Shown: positions 9,691 through 19,873, counted from the stretch's first letter. The stretch: DNA of 64,000 bases from Treponemataceae bacterium (GCA_963667725.2 CAXXHO010000003.1:1792001-1856000), one strand, 5' to 3'. Notes: generated by a model not told the origin, from the sequence alone. Program-made: numbers and translations.

Positions 9691-11300
9691 GCCACAGCGA
9701 CTTGGGCCGCTTCCTGGATTTCGGAAGCGCGGATCTGTATAAAAAACTAGATCTTCCCCCGCCTCATTGGGACTCGGGACGCCTCATCGTCGATTCGGAG
9801 AGCCTGGCCGCGCTTTCGCGAACCGCCTTTTCAGAGATCGCGTTCAAGTATCCCCGGGGACATCTGGAGCTTCTGGCCGCCATCCTCAGGGATGAGGATG
9901 CCTCGCCGAACGAGAAATTCGTCGTGGAAATGCTTCTCAGGAACGCCGCCATAGCGGCCGAGGGCCTGCTGCCGATGTGCCAGGACACGGGCACGGCCCT
10001 CATCTACGGCTGGAAGGGGGCGGGGATCGAAATGTCGCCCGATGACGCGTCCAAGGCCGCGCCGGATGACGATGACGCGGCAACTCTGGCCCGCGGCGCC
10101 GCCGAGGCATACGCGGAACGACGCTTGCGGAAATCCCAGCAGGGACCGGAATCCGTCCTCGCGGAAAAAAACACCAAGGACAATCTACCCGCCCTCGTGG
10201 ACCTGCGCGCCGCACCCGGCTCCGCGTACCGATTCCTTTTCGCCGCCAAGGGCGGCGGCTCGACGAGCAGGACTTCCTTGAGCATGGAAAGTCCCGCGAT
10301 TTTGCGCAAGGAAGCGCTCGAGGCGGTTCTGACGGCCAGGATCAAGGCCCTGGGCGCCTCGGCCTGCCCTCCCTACACGATCGCCGCTGTCCTGGGCGGG
10401 GCTTCTGGCTCCCAGGCCCTTTACGCGATGGAACTGGCCGCCTTCGGGCTGCTCGACGGACTTCCGGGAAGTGCGGAGGCCGACGGATCCCCCCTGCGGA
10501 GCGCCGAATGGGAAGATATCGTCGCGAGAATAGCCGCCGAATCCGGCACCGGGGCGCAGTGGGGAGGCAGGCATCTCGCCCTCGAGACGCGTTTCATACG
10601 CCTTTCCCGCCATGCCGCGAACCTCCCCCTCGCCATCGGCGTATCCTGTTCGGCGCACCGAAAGGCGCGGGCTTTCGTGGACGAAAGCGGCTGGCATATC
10701 GAAAAAATGGAAGACGATCCGGGGCGGCTTCTGCCCCGAGAAAGCGCCGTCCTGCCCGATGCCGTGGAAGTGGACCTCGACGCTCCCGCCCCGAAATGGA
10801 TGGAAAAGCTGCGCCGTTTGGATGCCGGCGCCGCGGTGTCCCTTTCGGGAACCGTGACGGTGGCCCGCGACCTGGCCCACGCGAGAGTGGCGGCCCTGCT
10901 GCGGGACGGCCAGCCCATGCCCGCCTACTTTACGGATCACCCGATCTTCTACGCGGGGCCGACCGATCCGGCGCCAGGCGCCGTCACGGGTTCCTTCGGT
11001 CCGACGACAGCCTCCCGGATGGACAGCTACCTCGAACCTTTCATGAAAAAGGGAGCGTCCCTCGTCACCATCGCCAAAGGCGCGCGGGGCAAGGAAGCCG
11101 CCGCGGCCATAGCCGGCGCGAATGGGATATACCTCGCCTGCGTGGGAGGGGCCGCGGCCATCATGGCCAGGGACCATGTCGTGGAAAGCAGGATCATAGA
11201 CCATGCCGATCTCGGCATGGAGGCCGTCCGGGCGGTGCGCCTGAAGAACCTTCCCGCCCTTGTCGTGATTGACGCTCGAGGCGCAAACTTTTATTCTTGA
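9687..11300 (+). CDS. Class I Fe-S fumarate hydratase family (fused alpha/beta)
   Basis: PMCQDTG, AKGGGS, ACPPY, GAQWGG, VSCSAHR, ARDLAH, YAGP, FGPTTASRMD, LGMEAV; ATG 9687 overlaps the upstream stop. Confidence 0.85.
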   Translation: MSHSDLGRFLDFGSADLYKKLDLPPPHWDSGRLIVDSESLAALSRTAFSEIAFKYPRGHLELLAAILRDEDASPNEKFVVEMLLRNAAIAAEGLLPMCQDTGTALIYGWKGAGIEMSPDDASKAAPDDDDAATLARGAAEAYAERRLRKSQQGPESVLAEKNTKDNLPALVDLRAAPGSAYRFLFAAKGGGSTSRTSLSMESPAILRKEALEAVLTARIKALGASACPPYTIAAVLGGASGSQALYAMELAAFGLLDGLPGSAEADGSPLRSAEWEDIVARIAAESGTGAQWGGRHLALETRFIRLSRHAANLPLAIGVSCSAHRKARAFVDESGWHIEKMEDDPGRLLPRESAVLPDAVEVDLDAPAPKWMEKLRRLDAGAAVSLSGTVTVARDLAHARVAALLRDGQPMPAYFTDHPIFYAGPTDPAPGAVTGSFGPTTASRMDSYLEPFMKKGASLVTIAKGARGKEAAAAIAGANGIYLACVGGAAAIMARDHVVESRIIDHADLGMEAVRAVRLKNLPALVVIDARGANFYS

Positions 11301-11306
11301 AACGAT

Positions 11307-12491
11307 ATGACAATTTCCGAAAGAACCGGACAAACGGGCTTCAAGTTCGGCTTCAGCTATTTCCTGTTCTTCGCCATCTATGGAATTTCCTCGCCATATC
11401 TGCAGATCATGCTCAGGAGGATTGGCTACAGCCCGGCCTCCGTCGGCATTTTGCTCGGAATATTCGAACTCGTTGGCATTCTCGGCCCCATCGTTCTCGC
11501 GAGAAAAGCCGACGCCATGGGCCGCTTCAATCCCTTTCTCATCGGATCGAGCGCCATTATCATCATGGGGAGCTTCCTGCTGGTGACGGTCAAATCCCCC
11601 CTGGGAACGATTCTAAGCCTCAGCCTGCTCTCCCTTGGGCTTAAAACCCCGGTCCCCGTCATGGACACTTCGATCCTCATAGCCCTGGAGCGGGAACGCG
11701 CCATGGGGCGAAAAACCTCCACCTATGGAACGCTGCGCGGTCTTGGCTCCGTCGGCTTCGTCCTCGTCACCTTGTGCCTGCAGATAATCCCTGGCTTCGA
11801 CGCCCAATCGCCCGCCGTGATGGCCATCGTCATGGCATCGCTGGCTATAGTATTCCTCATCAGCCTCTACTGGCTTCCCGAATCGGGCGGGGGACAAAAG
11901 ACGGAGAAAAAAGCGGGGCTCAACCTAGCCTGGATCGATTCCACCTTCCTGATCGGCCTGGGCGTCATCGCCCTGGGCAGGCTCGCGATGGCTTCCATCA
12001 ATTCGTTTTTCTCGCTGTACCTCATGGAATCCCTCGAGTGGCACGCTATCGGGGCCATGTCGGCGCTGGCCGCCATCGTCGAGATTCCGATGATGATCCT
12101 TTCATGGAAATTCATGCGAAAGAAAAGCCCGATGCAGGTGATAAGCCTCGCGTCGGCGGCCATCGTCGTCCGACTCCTGATCTACGCGATTTTTCCGAGC
12201 CGGCTGGGCGTCATCGCCGGCCAGCTCCTGCATTCCATCTGTTACGGACTCTTCCAGCCCGCCTCCATCGTCTTCGTCAATCTCAAAACCCCGCCGGGGG
12301 AGAGGACGACAGGCATGGCCCTGCTTCTGGGAATCGGGATGGGACTGCCGGCCTTCATCGGCAGCGCCTTCGGAGGCCTTGTGGTGGAAGCGGTGGGGTA
12401 TCGCTGGCTATTCGCGATTTTCAGCCTATTCGCCGTCCTGAGCTTGGTCCTCTATCGTATGCACGAAAAAGTCCTTAAAGAAGTCCGCTGA
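11307..12491 (+). CDS. MFS transporter
   Basis: About 12 hydrophobic segments; KADAMGR and YGTLRGLGSVGF motifs. Confidence 0.85.
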   Translation: MTISERTGQTGFKFGFSYFLFFAIYGISSPYLQIMLRRIGYSPASVGILLGIFELVGILGPIVLARKADAMGRFNPFLIGSSAIIIMGSFLLVTVKSPLGTILSLSLLSLGLKTPVPVMDTSILIALERERAMGRKTSTYGTLRGLGSVGFVLVTLCLQIIPGFDAQSPAVMAIVMASLAIVFLISLYWLPESGGGQKTEKKAGLNLAWIDSTFLIGLGVIALGRLAMASINSFFSLYLMESLEWHAIGAMSALAAIVEIPMMILSWKFMRKKSPMQVISLASAAIVVRLLIYAIFPSRLGVIAGQLLHSICYGLFQPASIVFVNLKTPPGERTTGMALLLGIGMGLPAFIGSAFGGLVVEAVGYRWLFAIFSLFAVLSLVLYRMHEKVLKEVR

Positions 12492-12524
12492 TAGGGTTTC
12501 GAAGCCCGCTGAAAAGCCAGAATC

Positions 12525-13112
12525 TCAATACGCGGCTATGCCCTGCCTGCGAAGGCATTTTTCCGCTAGGAAGAGGGCTGTCGCCATGAGGGCGTGACTC
12601 AATTCCCCCTCGCCCATTCCGTCATGAACGGCTTTCGCGGGCATGAGGAGGGCGTCCACGACCTCGTCTTCGTCCAGGTTCCGGTCGACCGCCGGGTAGG
12701 GATCGAGGGCGAGATAGACATGAAAGCGGTTGGATTGAATGGCCGGGTTGGGAAAAACCGTGCCCGCATGGAGAAGAACGGAGGGAATCCATCCTGTTTC
12801 CTCGGCCAACTCCCTGGCGGCCGCCTTCTCGGGGGCTTCTCCCTCTTCGATGACCCCGCCGGGGAATTCCAGGCTCGACTCGTCCGAACCATGCCGGTAC
12901 TGCCGCACCATCAGGAATTGGGCTTCCTGCCCCTTTCTCAACAGCGGCACGACGACGGCCCAATCCCTGGCCTCGAGCACCTGAAAAGTGCCTTTTCTGC
13001 CTTCCGGCCCGGAGCTGGTCTGCTCGAATACCGTGAACACCGCCCCTCTGTAGATTTCCTCTTTGGAAAGCTTTTTCCATGAGAGAGCGCCCGAACCGTC
13101 GCCAGCCACCAT
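12525..13112 (-). CDS. NUDIX hydrolase (ADP-ribose pyrophosphatase-like)
   Basis: Nudix box GGVIEEGEAPEKAAARELAEETG; VRQYRHG. Confidence 0.9.
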   Translation of the reverse strand: MVAGDGSGALSWKKLSKEEIYRGAVFTVFEQTSSGPEGRKGTFQVLEARDWAVVVPLLRKGQEAQFLMVRQYRHGSDESSLEFPGGVIEEGEAPEKAAARELAEETGWIPSVLLHAGTVFPNPAIQSNRFHVYLALDPYPAVDRNLDEDEVVDALLMPAKAVHDGMGEGELSHALMATALFLAEKCLRRQGIAAY

Positions 13113-13204
13113 AAAGGCCTCCTGAAGGATTGATGGTACCGAAGCCGGGCCGGCACATCAAGCGGTTCTACGCGGCGCGTCGGCCGCGAATCCCTACTTC
13201 GATG

Positions 13205-13233
13205 TTGCGAAGTCCCATTCGATGCGTTAGGAT
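13205..13233 (+). promoter_or_regulatory. sigma70-type promoter directly before the start codon (probably leaderless)
   Basis: TTGCGA-17-TAGGAT, then 6 nt to ATG 13240; no SD. Confidence 0.55.
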
Positions 13234-13239
13234 GGTCAC

Positions 13240-13596
13240 ATGGAAAAATTGCCAGCCAGCTTAAGCGAAGCGATCGGTTCGATAGACGCCGCCGTCACGG
13301 TCTGCGATGCGGATCTCAGGCTTCTCTATATGAATGAAAAATCCAGGCTCACCTTCGGGGGAAAAGAATCGGGACCTCTCGTCGGAAGCAGCCTCGTCGA
13401 CTGCCATAAGCCTCAGTCGGTGAAAAAAATGAGGGAAATTCTCGCTTCCGGACAGCCTAACGTCTATACCATCTCCAAGAATGGCGTGAAGAAACTCATC
13501 TGGCAGGCGCCCTGGGAAAAAGACGGAAAAATCGGCGGCCTTGTTGAGATATCCATACCTCTGCCCGAGGTAATGCCCCATTACGATCGCGGATGA
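13240..13596 (+). CDS. Stand-alone PAS domain protein
   Basis: AVTVCDADLRLLYMNEKS...LVGSSLVDCH PAS signature; 118 aa. Confidence 0.8.
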   Translation: MEKLPASLSEAIGSIDAAVTVCDADLRLLYMNEKSRLTFGGKESGPLVGSSLVDCHKPQSVKKMREILASGQPNVYTISKNGVKKLIWQAPWEKDGKIGGLVEISIPLPEVMPHYDRG

Positions 13597-13602
13597 AGTT
13601 CC

Positions 13603-14631
13603 ATGATGAAAGCTCCCATTCAGGTTTCGGTCGTCATACCGGTTTTCAACGAGGAAGGTAATATCGAGGCCTTAGCCGGGGCCCTGGCCGAAGCCCTGGA
13701 CGCGGCGCTCGCGGCGGGATGCGAAGGTTGCCCGCCCATAGCCGCGGGCGACTACGAGCTCATTTTCGTCGATGACGGAAGCGGCGATCGGAGCCTTTTC
13801 ATCCTCCGAGGCTTGGCCCGTAAAAACCAGCGCGTCCGCTACATCAGCTTCAGCCGCAACTTCGGCCATCAGGCCGCCCTGCGCGCCGGCCTCGAAGCGG
13901 CACAGGGCGAATGCGTCGTGATGATGGACGGCGATTTCCAGCACCCGCCCTCGCTGGTGCCCGCGCTGATCGCCGAATACGAGCGCGGTTTCGACATAGT
14001 CTCCACGAAACGCGTCGAGCCGAACGCGGCCGCGCGTGGCTCTCGGGAGCGCACACCGCTAGTAAAGCGGCTAACGTCGCGCCTGTTCTATTCCCTGATC
14101 AACAAGTTGAGCGACACCAAGCTTGAACCGGGATCGGCCGACTTCAGACTGGTTTCGCGGAGAGCGAGAGACCTGCTTCTGTCCATGAAAGAACATAACC
14201 TTTTCCTGAGAGGCGCCATTCCCTGGACCGGCCTGCCTTCCACCGAAATCTCCTATACCCCCGACCGCAGGCGAAGCGGGGAAACAAAATACACACTTTC
14301 GAAGATGCTCTCCCTCGCCCTCGACGGCATAACGTCCTTCAGCGTCAAACCCCTAAGGCTCACATCCGTCGCCGGCGCATTAATCTCGGGCCTAGGGTTC
14401 GCTTACGCGCTCTATGCCCTCGTCATCCGCCTAACTACGAACAAGACCGTGGAAGGCTGGACCAGCATTCTCATAAGCATCCTCATCATTGGGGGAATCC
14501 AGCTTATATCCTTGGGCATCATCGGCGAATACCTGGGCAAGCTCTTCATGGAAACAAAAGGCAGGCCGCACTATGTCGTCAAGGAAGCGTCCCCGAGCCC
14601 CTGCCGTGAAGACAGCGGAGACCAGACATGA
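13603..14631 (+). CDS. GT2 polyprenol-phosphate glycosyltransferase (GtrB/ArnC-like)
   Basis: VVIPVFNEE, VDDGSGD, SRNFGHQAA, MDGDFQHPP, DFRL; two C-terminal TM helices; IGEYLGK. Confidence 0.9.
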   Translation: MMKAPIQVSVVIPVFNEEGNIEALAGALAEALDAALAAGCEGCPPIAAGDYELIFVDDGSGDRSLFILRGLARKNQRVRYISFSRNFGHQAALRAGLEAAQGECVVMMDGDFQHPPSLVPALIAEYERGFDIVSTKRVEPNAAARGSRERTPLVKRLTSRLFYSLINKLSDTKLEPGSADFRLVSRRARDLLLSMKEHNLFLRGAIPWTGLPSTEISYTPDRRRSGETKYTLSKMLSLALDGITSFSVKPLRLTSVAGALISGLGFAYALYALVIRLTTNKTVEGWTSILISILIIGGIQLISLGIIGEYLGKLFMETKGRPHYVVKEASPSPCREDSGDQT

Positions 14632-14951
14632 ATATCCTGCTGTTGATAACTGGCGTTTCCTTCTCGGCCCTGGCGCAGATCGCGCTCAAATACTCGGCCC
14701 GTTTCGTCGCGTGGGGAGGCCGATGGTTGGCCGTCACCGCCGCCGGAGCCGCGATGTACGGCGCCTCCTTCCTGATCTATTCCTTCCTTCTTCGCAAGGA
14801 AGACCTGAGCAGGATCAGCCCCATCATGACGAGCGCCGTGGCCCTCATCGTGGTTCTGGCCGGAACGCTGCTCTTCGGCGAGGAAATGACGGCCCGGAGG
14901 GGAGCCGGAATAGCCCTGGGCATAGCGGCCATCGTTCTTCTGGCCAGGTAA
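14628..14951 (+). CDS. SMR/EamA-like small membrane protein (ArnE/F-type flippase candidate)
   Basis: 107 aa, four TM helices, AQIALK, LSRISPI, LFGE. Confidence 0.75.
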   Translation: MNILLLITGVSFSALAQIALKYSARFVAWGGRWLAVTAAGAAMYGASFLIYSFLLRKEDLSRISPIMTSAVALIVVLAGTLLFGEEMTARRGAGIALGIAAIVLLAR

Positions 14952-14960
14952 TCGCGATCC

Positions 14961-17615
14961 ATGAGAAAAAACAACCGAACACCGGCTCCCTCTCCTTCGC
15001 TCGTCAGGCCGCCGGCCAACGATCTCGCCGAAGCTGTCCTCTCGGGACTCGCACTCATTCTCGTCTACGCCGTGCTGGTTTCCCGCTTCGATATGAGGCT
15101 GCTGTTTTCCGATACGATAATCACGGGAGGGGACAGCGCATCCTGGTTCCAGGTGCTCTCGACGCTAAAGAACGATTTCCTGCCCAAGGGAAGGCTATTT
15201 GGATTCAGCCAGGGTAATTTCTTCGGCTATCTCGAGGGACAGCATTATTTCATCCTTCCCTTCTTCTCCGCGGCTCTCCTGGGTTTCGTCCTCCCCCTCA
15301 CCGTGGCGCTGAAAATCGCGACGGTCGCGGGCGGCTTCGCCCTTCCCCTGACGATGTTCATAGCCGCGTCTTCCATCTCGGGACGAAAGAGAGCCGGAGC
15401 CCTGGCCTCGGCTTCGAGCCTGCTTTTTCTGTTCAACGAATCCTATTCCATCTTCGGCGGCAACTGGCTCTCCACCTTCGCGGGGGAATTCTGCTTTTCC
15501 TGGGCGATCGCCATATTGCCTCTCCTCGTTGCCTCTGTCGTCGCCGACATGCGCCGCCATCGCAGGGGAATCCTTTCCGGCATACTGCTCGGTCTCATCG
15601 GGCTCTCGCACTTTTTCGTTTTCATGCCGGCGTTTTTCCTGCCCTTCTTTCCAGCCTTCACGATGCTGCCGAAACTCCTCAAAAAGAAGAAGACTCGTAC
15701 GCGCGAATCGGAAACCGCCCGCGAAGACGCGGGAACCACGCTCAGAATAGCGGCGACCTACGCGATCGCCTTCCTCCTGATGTCGTTCTGGCTGCTCCCG
15801 ATGGCCGCGACCAGAACCTGGGCGCAGCCGATCAGCATCATCTGGCGCTTTTCCTCGTTCAAGGACTTCGCCAGGCAGACGCTCGCCTGGGTTTGGGTTT
15901 CCCTCGCGCTCGTCTTTCTGGGCGTCTCGCTATCCAAGAAGATCACCCGCGACGAACGCCGCTTCCTGGCCGTAATCCTCTATGGCCTGGCGGCCTGCGC
16001 CTTCCTTTTCTATGTGGCGCCCGGCCTGGGGATGCCTGACATACGTTTCATTCCTTCGGCCCTTCTGCTCTGCGCCCTGGGCGCTTCCATCCTCTGCGAA
16101 AGTCTCCTGTCGAGGATGGGAATTCCAGGCCAGCTGACCGCGGGAACAGGCAGGTTCAAGTTCCTAGAATCCGCCCTCCCCTCGCTGGCGGTTTTCGCCC
16201 TTGCCGCGGTGGCTTCCTTTGGCTCGGCCGGTATGGCCAGGAACGCCTCCGGATGGTTTCGCTGGAATTATTCAGGCTACGAAGCCAAGACGGAATGGCC
16301 GGCGATGCGCGCCCTCGGAGAAGGATACAGAGGCGAAGCCGACGATGGGCGATTTCTCTGGGAAAAACAGGACCAACGCGACAACCAGGATTTCGGGTCG
16401 GAACGCGCTTTCGAAAACCTGCCCCTTTTCACGGGCCATCCGACTTCGGAGGGCATCCATTACGGTTCGAGCATGATGGCGAGGGCCAGCACCTATCTCC
16501 AGAGTTCATATTCGCCCAATCCCGTCGACCCGGAGATGGAGCGCATCTATTCGGAAATCGACCCACAGTCCTGGTCAGCGCGATTTTCCCTCCTCAACGC
16601 GCGCTACATCATCACGCATTCATCGACGATCACGCCTTTGTTCGCCGCTCATCCTTCTTTCGCCCTGGATTCGGCGAGAGGCAAGTTTTCCGTGTTCAGG
16701 TTCCTGGATTATCAGGATCGCTATGTCGAGGCTTTGCCCGAAAATGCCCTGTCCATCGTCAAAGCGGGAGCGGGCGGTTTCAAGACCGATTACTACCGTT
16801 TTTTCAGGGAATACGAACTCTACGGCCATCCTTTCGTAAGCTCGGAATTCTCCGACGCGGCGCTCGAAGCGCTGGGAAAAAGCTCAGGGAACCTCTGGGA
16901 GAATTATGACGACTACAGGAATCTCTTTCTCGCCAAGGAGGCCCTCTCCTCCGCGATGACACCTTCCGGCGGGAAAAGCCAGATCAGCGGCGAGCATGTC
17001 GATAATTTTTCGATTCGCTTCGACACCGCTTCGCCCGGAACGCCTCATTACATCAAGATTTCCTACGCGCCGGGATGGAAATCCCGCGGCGGCGAAAAAA
17101 TATATCCGGTGTCTCCGGGCTTCATGCTGGTCATTCCAAAAACCGGGCATGTCGAACTCATCTACGGCAGAACTGTCTGGGAAATTCTCGGGCTGCTGCT
17201 TAGTTTTCTAAGCCTGCCGGCGGCGCTGCTGTTCTGGAAAACTCATCCGGGACGACGCTTCCCCTGGAGACTCCTGTTTCGGCTGGCCTTCGCCGCTTTT
17301 GCCCTTGCCGCCATCTTCCTGGTACTCCAGACTTCAGCCGGTCTTCCCGCTCTGGCAAGGGATATCGATGAGGCGCGGAGGCTCAATCTTTCGGCGCCGG
17401 CGCAGAGGGAAAAAGCCCTCGCCCTCGTCGAACCCTGGGCCACCGCGGAAAACCTGGAACGCTTCGACAACAAGCTCGCCTTCGACGCTTTCAGGATAAA
17501 GGCCCTTGCCCTGCTTCGCGAAGGAAAAGCCGAAGAGGCCGCGGCGGCTTTGGACATACTGCGGACGCGATACCCCCATACCAGAGCGCTGAACGGCTTG
17601 CCGAATCTGCGATAG
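14961..17615 (+). CDS. Polytopic GT-C-type membrane glycosyltransferase (PTPS-related/YfhO-like)
   Basis: TGGDSASW first-loop acidic motif, GGNWLSTFAGEF, many TM helices, RWNYSGYE, large soluble domain with ISYAPGW...YPVSPGFMLV. Confidence 0.7.
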   Translation: MRKNNRTPAPSPSLVRPPANDLAEAVLSGLALILVYAVLVSRFDMRLLFSDTIITGGDSASWFQVLSTLKNDFLPKGRLFGFSQGNFFGYLEGQHYFILPFFSAALLGFVLPLTVALKIATVAGGFALPLTMFIAASSISGRKRAGALASASSLLFLFNESYSIFGGNWLSTFAGEFCFSWAIAILPLLVASVVADMRRHRRGILSGILLGLIGLSHFFVFMPAFFLPFFPAFTMLPKLLKKKKTRTRESETAREDAGTTLRIAATYAIAFLLMSFWLLPMAATRTWAQPISIIWRFSSFKDFARQTLAWVWVSLALVFLGVSLSKKITRDERRFLAVILYGLAACAFLFYVAPGLGMPDIRFIPSALLLCALGASILCESLLSRMGIPGQLTAGTGRFKFLESALPSLAVFALAAVASFGSAGMARNASGWFRWNYSGYEAKTEWPAMRALGEGYRGEADDGRFLWEKQDQRDNQDFGSERAFENLPLFTGHPTSEGIHYGSSMMARASTYLQSSYSPNPVDPEMERIYSEIDPQSWSARFSLLNARYIITHSSTITPLFAAHPSFALDSARGKFSVFRFLDYQDRYVEALPENALSIVKAGAGGFKTDYYRFFREYELYGHPFVSSEFSDAALEALGKSSGNLWENYDDYRNLFLAKEALSSAMTPSGGKSQISGEHVDNFSIRFDTASPGTPHYIKISYAPGWKSRGGEKIYPVSPGFMLVIPKTGHVELIYGRTVWEILGLLLSFLSLPAALLFWKTHPGRRFPWRLLFRLAFAAFALAAIFLVLQTSAGLPALARDIDEARRLNLSAPAQREKALALVEPWATAENLERFDNKLAFDAFRIKALALLREGKAEEAAAALDILRTRYPHTRALNGLPNLR

Positions 17616-17693
17616 GGCATCGAAGTTATAGACGCATTATCGAAATTTGAATTATAGTTTCCAAAACGGCTCCAGGGAAAATAAGGAAAAATT

Positions 17694-18626
17694 ATGGTTA
17701 AAAAAAAGTCAGCTGATTTTGAGAACGAAACCATACTCCAAACCCTTTGGGAGAATTCTCCCGACGCTATCATCATCATCCATCCAGACGGGAAGATACT
17801 ACGGGCCAACACGAAGGCGCTGCAGTTTTTCGGAATGGGCGGCAGGATATCGATGGATGGGCTGAACGTTTTCGACGCTATACTGCCTGAGGACCAGAAC
17901 AGGGCCAGGACCAATATCGGCAGAGTCGCCATGAACGAGGAGCTCCAGGAAGCCGAGTATAAGTTGAACACCCCCGATGGGTCGCTGCTCTGGCGATCCA
18001 TCAGGACAAAGCTCCTCTCCGGTCCGGAGGATGAGGAGAAAAAGATACTCATCGTGCTCAGGGACATCACCGATCAAAAAAACATGGAAGAGCACCTCCG
18101 CAGCCTGGCGGTAACCGATGACCTCACGGGCCTTTACAATCGCCGCGGCTTCGCTCTCGCGGCCGAGCAGGAGCTGAGGCATGCCTTCAGAAGGAAGGAA
18201 GAGCTCACGCTTCTCTTTTTCGATATAGATAATCTGAAAATGATCAACGACACCTTCGGCCATATCGAAGGCGACAAGGTTATCAAGTCCGCCGCCATGG
18301 CGCTGCGTTCCATATTCCGGGAGTCTGATATCGTAGCCCGATGGGGAGGGGACGAGTTCGTTGTCCTCGCCCTGGACGTTCCCAACGGAAGGGTTCCTGT
18401 CCTTCTGGAAAGGCTGGATAAAGGGCTGAAGCAGTACAACGAGCTGAACGCCGATTCCTACGCGCTGATGTTCAGTTTGGGAATCGCGAATTACGATTCG
18501 GAAAAACCCTTCAACTTGAGCGAGATGGTGCGGATCGCCGATAAAATGATGTACAAGGACAAGCAGGAGAAGAAATTGTCCCGCAGCGCGATCCTGAACT
18601 ACAACCGCAGCGAAGCGGCGTTCTAA
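17694..18626 (+). CDS. PAS-GGDEF diguanylate cyclase
   Basis: PAS N-terminus; TDDLTGLYNRR, FDIDNLKMINDTFGH, RESD I-site, RWGGDEF. Confidence 0.92.
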   Translation: MVKKKSADFENETILQTLWENSPDAIIIIHPDGKILRANTKALQFFGMGGRISMDGLNVFDAILPEDQNRARTNIGRVAMNEELQEAEYKLNTPDGSLLWRSIRTKLLSGPEDEEKKILIVLRDITDQKNMEEHLRSLAVTDDLTGLYNRRGFALAAEQELRHAFRRKEELTLLFFDIDNLKMINDTFGHIEGDKVIKSAAMALRSIFRESDIVARWGGDEFVVLALDVPNGRVPVLLERLDKGLKQYNELNADSYALMFSLGIANYDSEKPFNLSEMVRIADKMMYKDKQEKKLSRSAILNYNRSEAAF

Positions 18627-18658
18627 TGACGGCGCTCTAGTAAGGCCGCCGCGGAAGC

Positions 18659-19729
18659 CTACCTTTTACCCTCTATGACATAACCGACGCCAGTCCATAC
18701 GTTCTCGAACTCGGCGAGTTTATAGCGCCGGGGCACTTCCGCGGGGTCGGCCGCCGCCGGATCGTTCACCAGCACGTCGAAGCCGCCCGATTCATTCTTC
18801 TGAAGCCCCGCGATGAGTACCAGGTGTCCGTTCGTCTTCTTGATGGGCGCGGCGCTCAGCTGTCCCTCGGCGAATCTTATGCTCGCGATGATTATACGCC
18901 CCGCTGAAAGCTCGCTCACGATCATCTCGATGCTGGGGAAAAAGTCCAGTCTCGCCCTCAGCCCAAGACGCCAGAGAGAAGCCACGTTGAAAGGCCAATT
19001 CCCGTAGATTTTCGCGCCCGCGTCGTAGCAGTCCGCAGCCACAAAGGCGGTGGGCAGGTAGACGCCGAAATGCTGCAGCGCCATCGCCCCGCAGGTGGGG
19101 GAACATATTCTGCCGCGAATTTCCGCGGCCTCCGTCATCTGTGACCGACAGGGCACCTTGCCGGCCTTTTCCTGGAGAAGATAGGGCCGCGCGGTGGCTC
19201 GAGCGATGCTCCGGTCACGGGTTATGACGCCCATGCGTTTTACGATGGCGGCTCCATTCTTATCCTCGCCGGCTGAAAGCTCCATTTTCAGCCTGTAGCG
19301 TTCAGATTTCGCGGCCAGGATCAAGATATCCGTTTCGACGCGGGCCGTTTCGTCAGCGCAGGAAGCGCTGGCCGCTATCCTCGACCACCTTCCCATGGGG
19401 TACCAGCGCGACCATTGCGCGCCGCGTTCCGCCTGGAGGAATACTTCGACCGATCCTTCCCCCGCGGTATCGGCGTTCCACCATGGAAGCAGCCAATCGA
19501 AGGCGGGAGCGCTTATAGGATCGGTTTTCATGGTTCCGAAAGGGGAGCCGGAAGCGAGCTGAAGCCCAGCGGGAGACACGATCAGCCCCTCGAGTTTAAA
19601 GCCGATGTCATGCACCGGCGAATACGATCCCTTGAGATCGGTCCAGGGATCGGTTCCGAAAGACCAGAGGATTCTCATCGCTCCATAGGATGATGAGGAA
19701 AGTATGGCCGCGTCATCGGTTTCGCTCAT
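18659..19729 (-). CDS. Peptidase C39-like family protein
   Basis: SQM...CSPTCGAM, YGNWPFN, GHLVLIAG, VNDPA (Cys-His-Asp triad). Confidence 0.8.
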   Translation of the reverse strand: MSETDDAAILSSSSYGAMRILWSFGTDPWTDLKGSYSPVHDIGFKLEGLIVSPAGLQLASGSPFGTMKTDPISAPAFDWLLPWWNADTAGEGSVEVFLQAERGAQWSRWYPMGRWSRIAASASCADETARVETDILILAAKSERYRLKMELSAGEDKNGAAIVKRMGVITRDRSIARATARPYLLQEKAGKVPCRSQMTEAAEIRGRICSPTCGAMALQHFGVYLPTAFVAADCYDAGAKIYGNWPFNVASLWRLGLRARLDFFPSIEMIVSELSAGRIIIASIRFAEGQLSAAPIKKTNGHLVLIAGLQKNESGGFDVLVNDPAAADPAEVPRRYKLAEFENVWTGVGYVIEGKR

Positions 19730-19873
19730 GGTGGCATGATATACCGAGGCTGATCACAAAGCAAATATCTTTATCGCGCGGGGCGTCTTTCAGCCTTGAA
19801 TCGAGGCGGCGCTTCGTCATAGGATGAGGGCATGAAAGGCTTATCGCCAATATGGAATCAGCGGAGTGAAATC

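Noticed and set aside
17694..18626. Diguanylate cyclase as the dedicated activator of the HEAT-GT2 synthase
   Set aside because: It lies over 40 kb away and nothing in the sequence links the two
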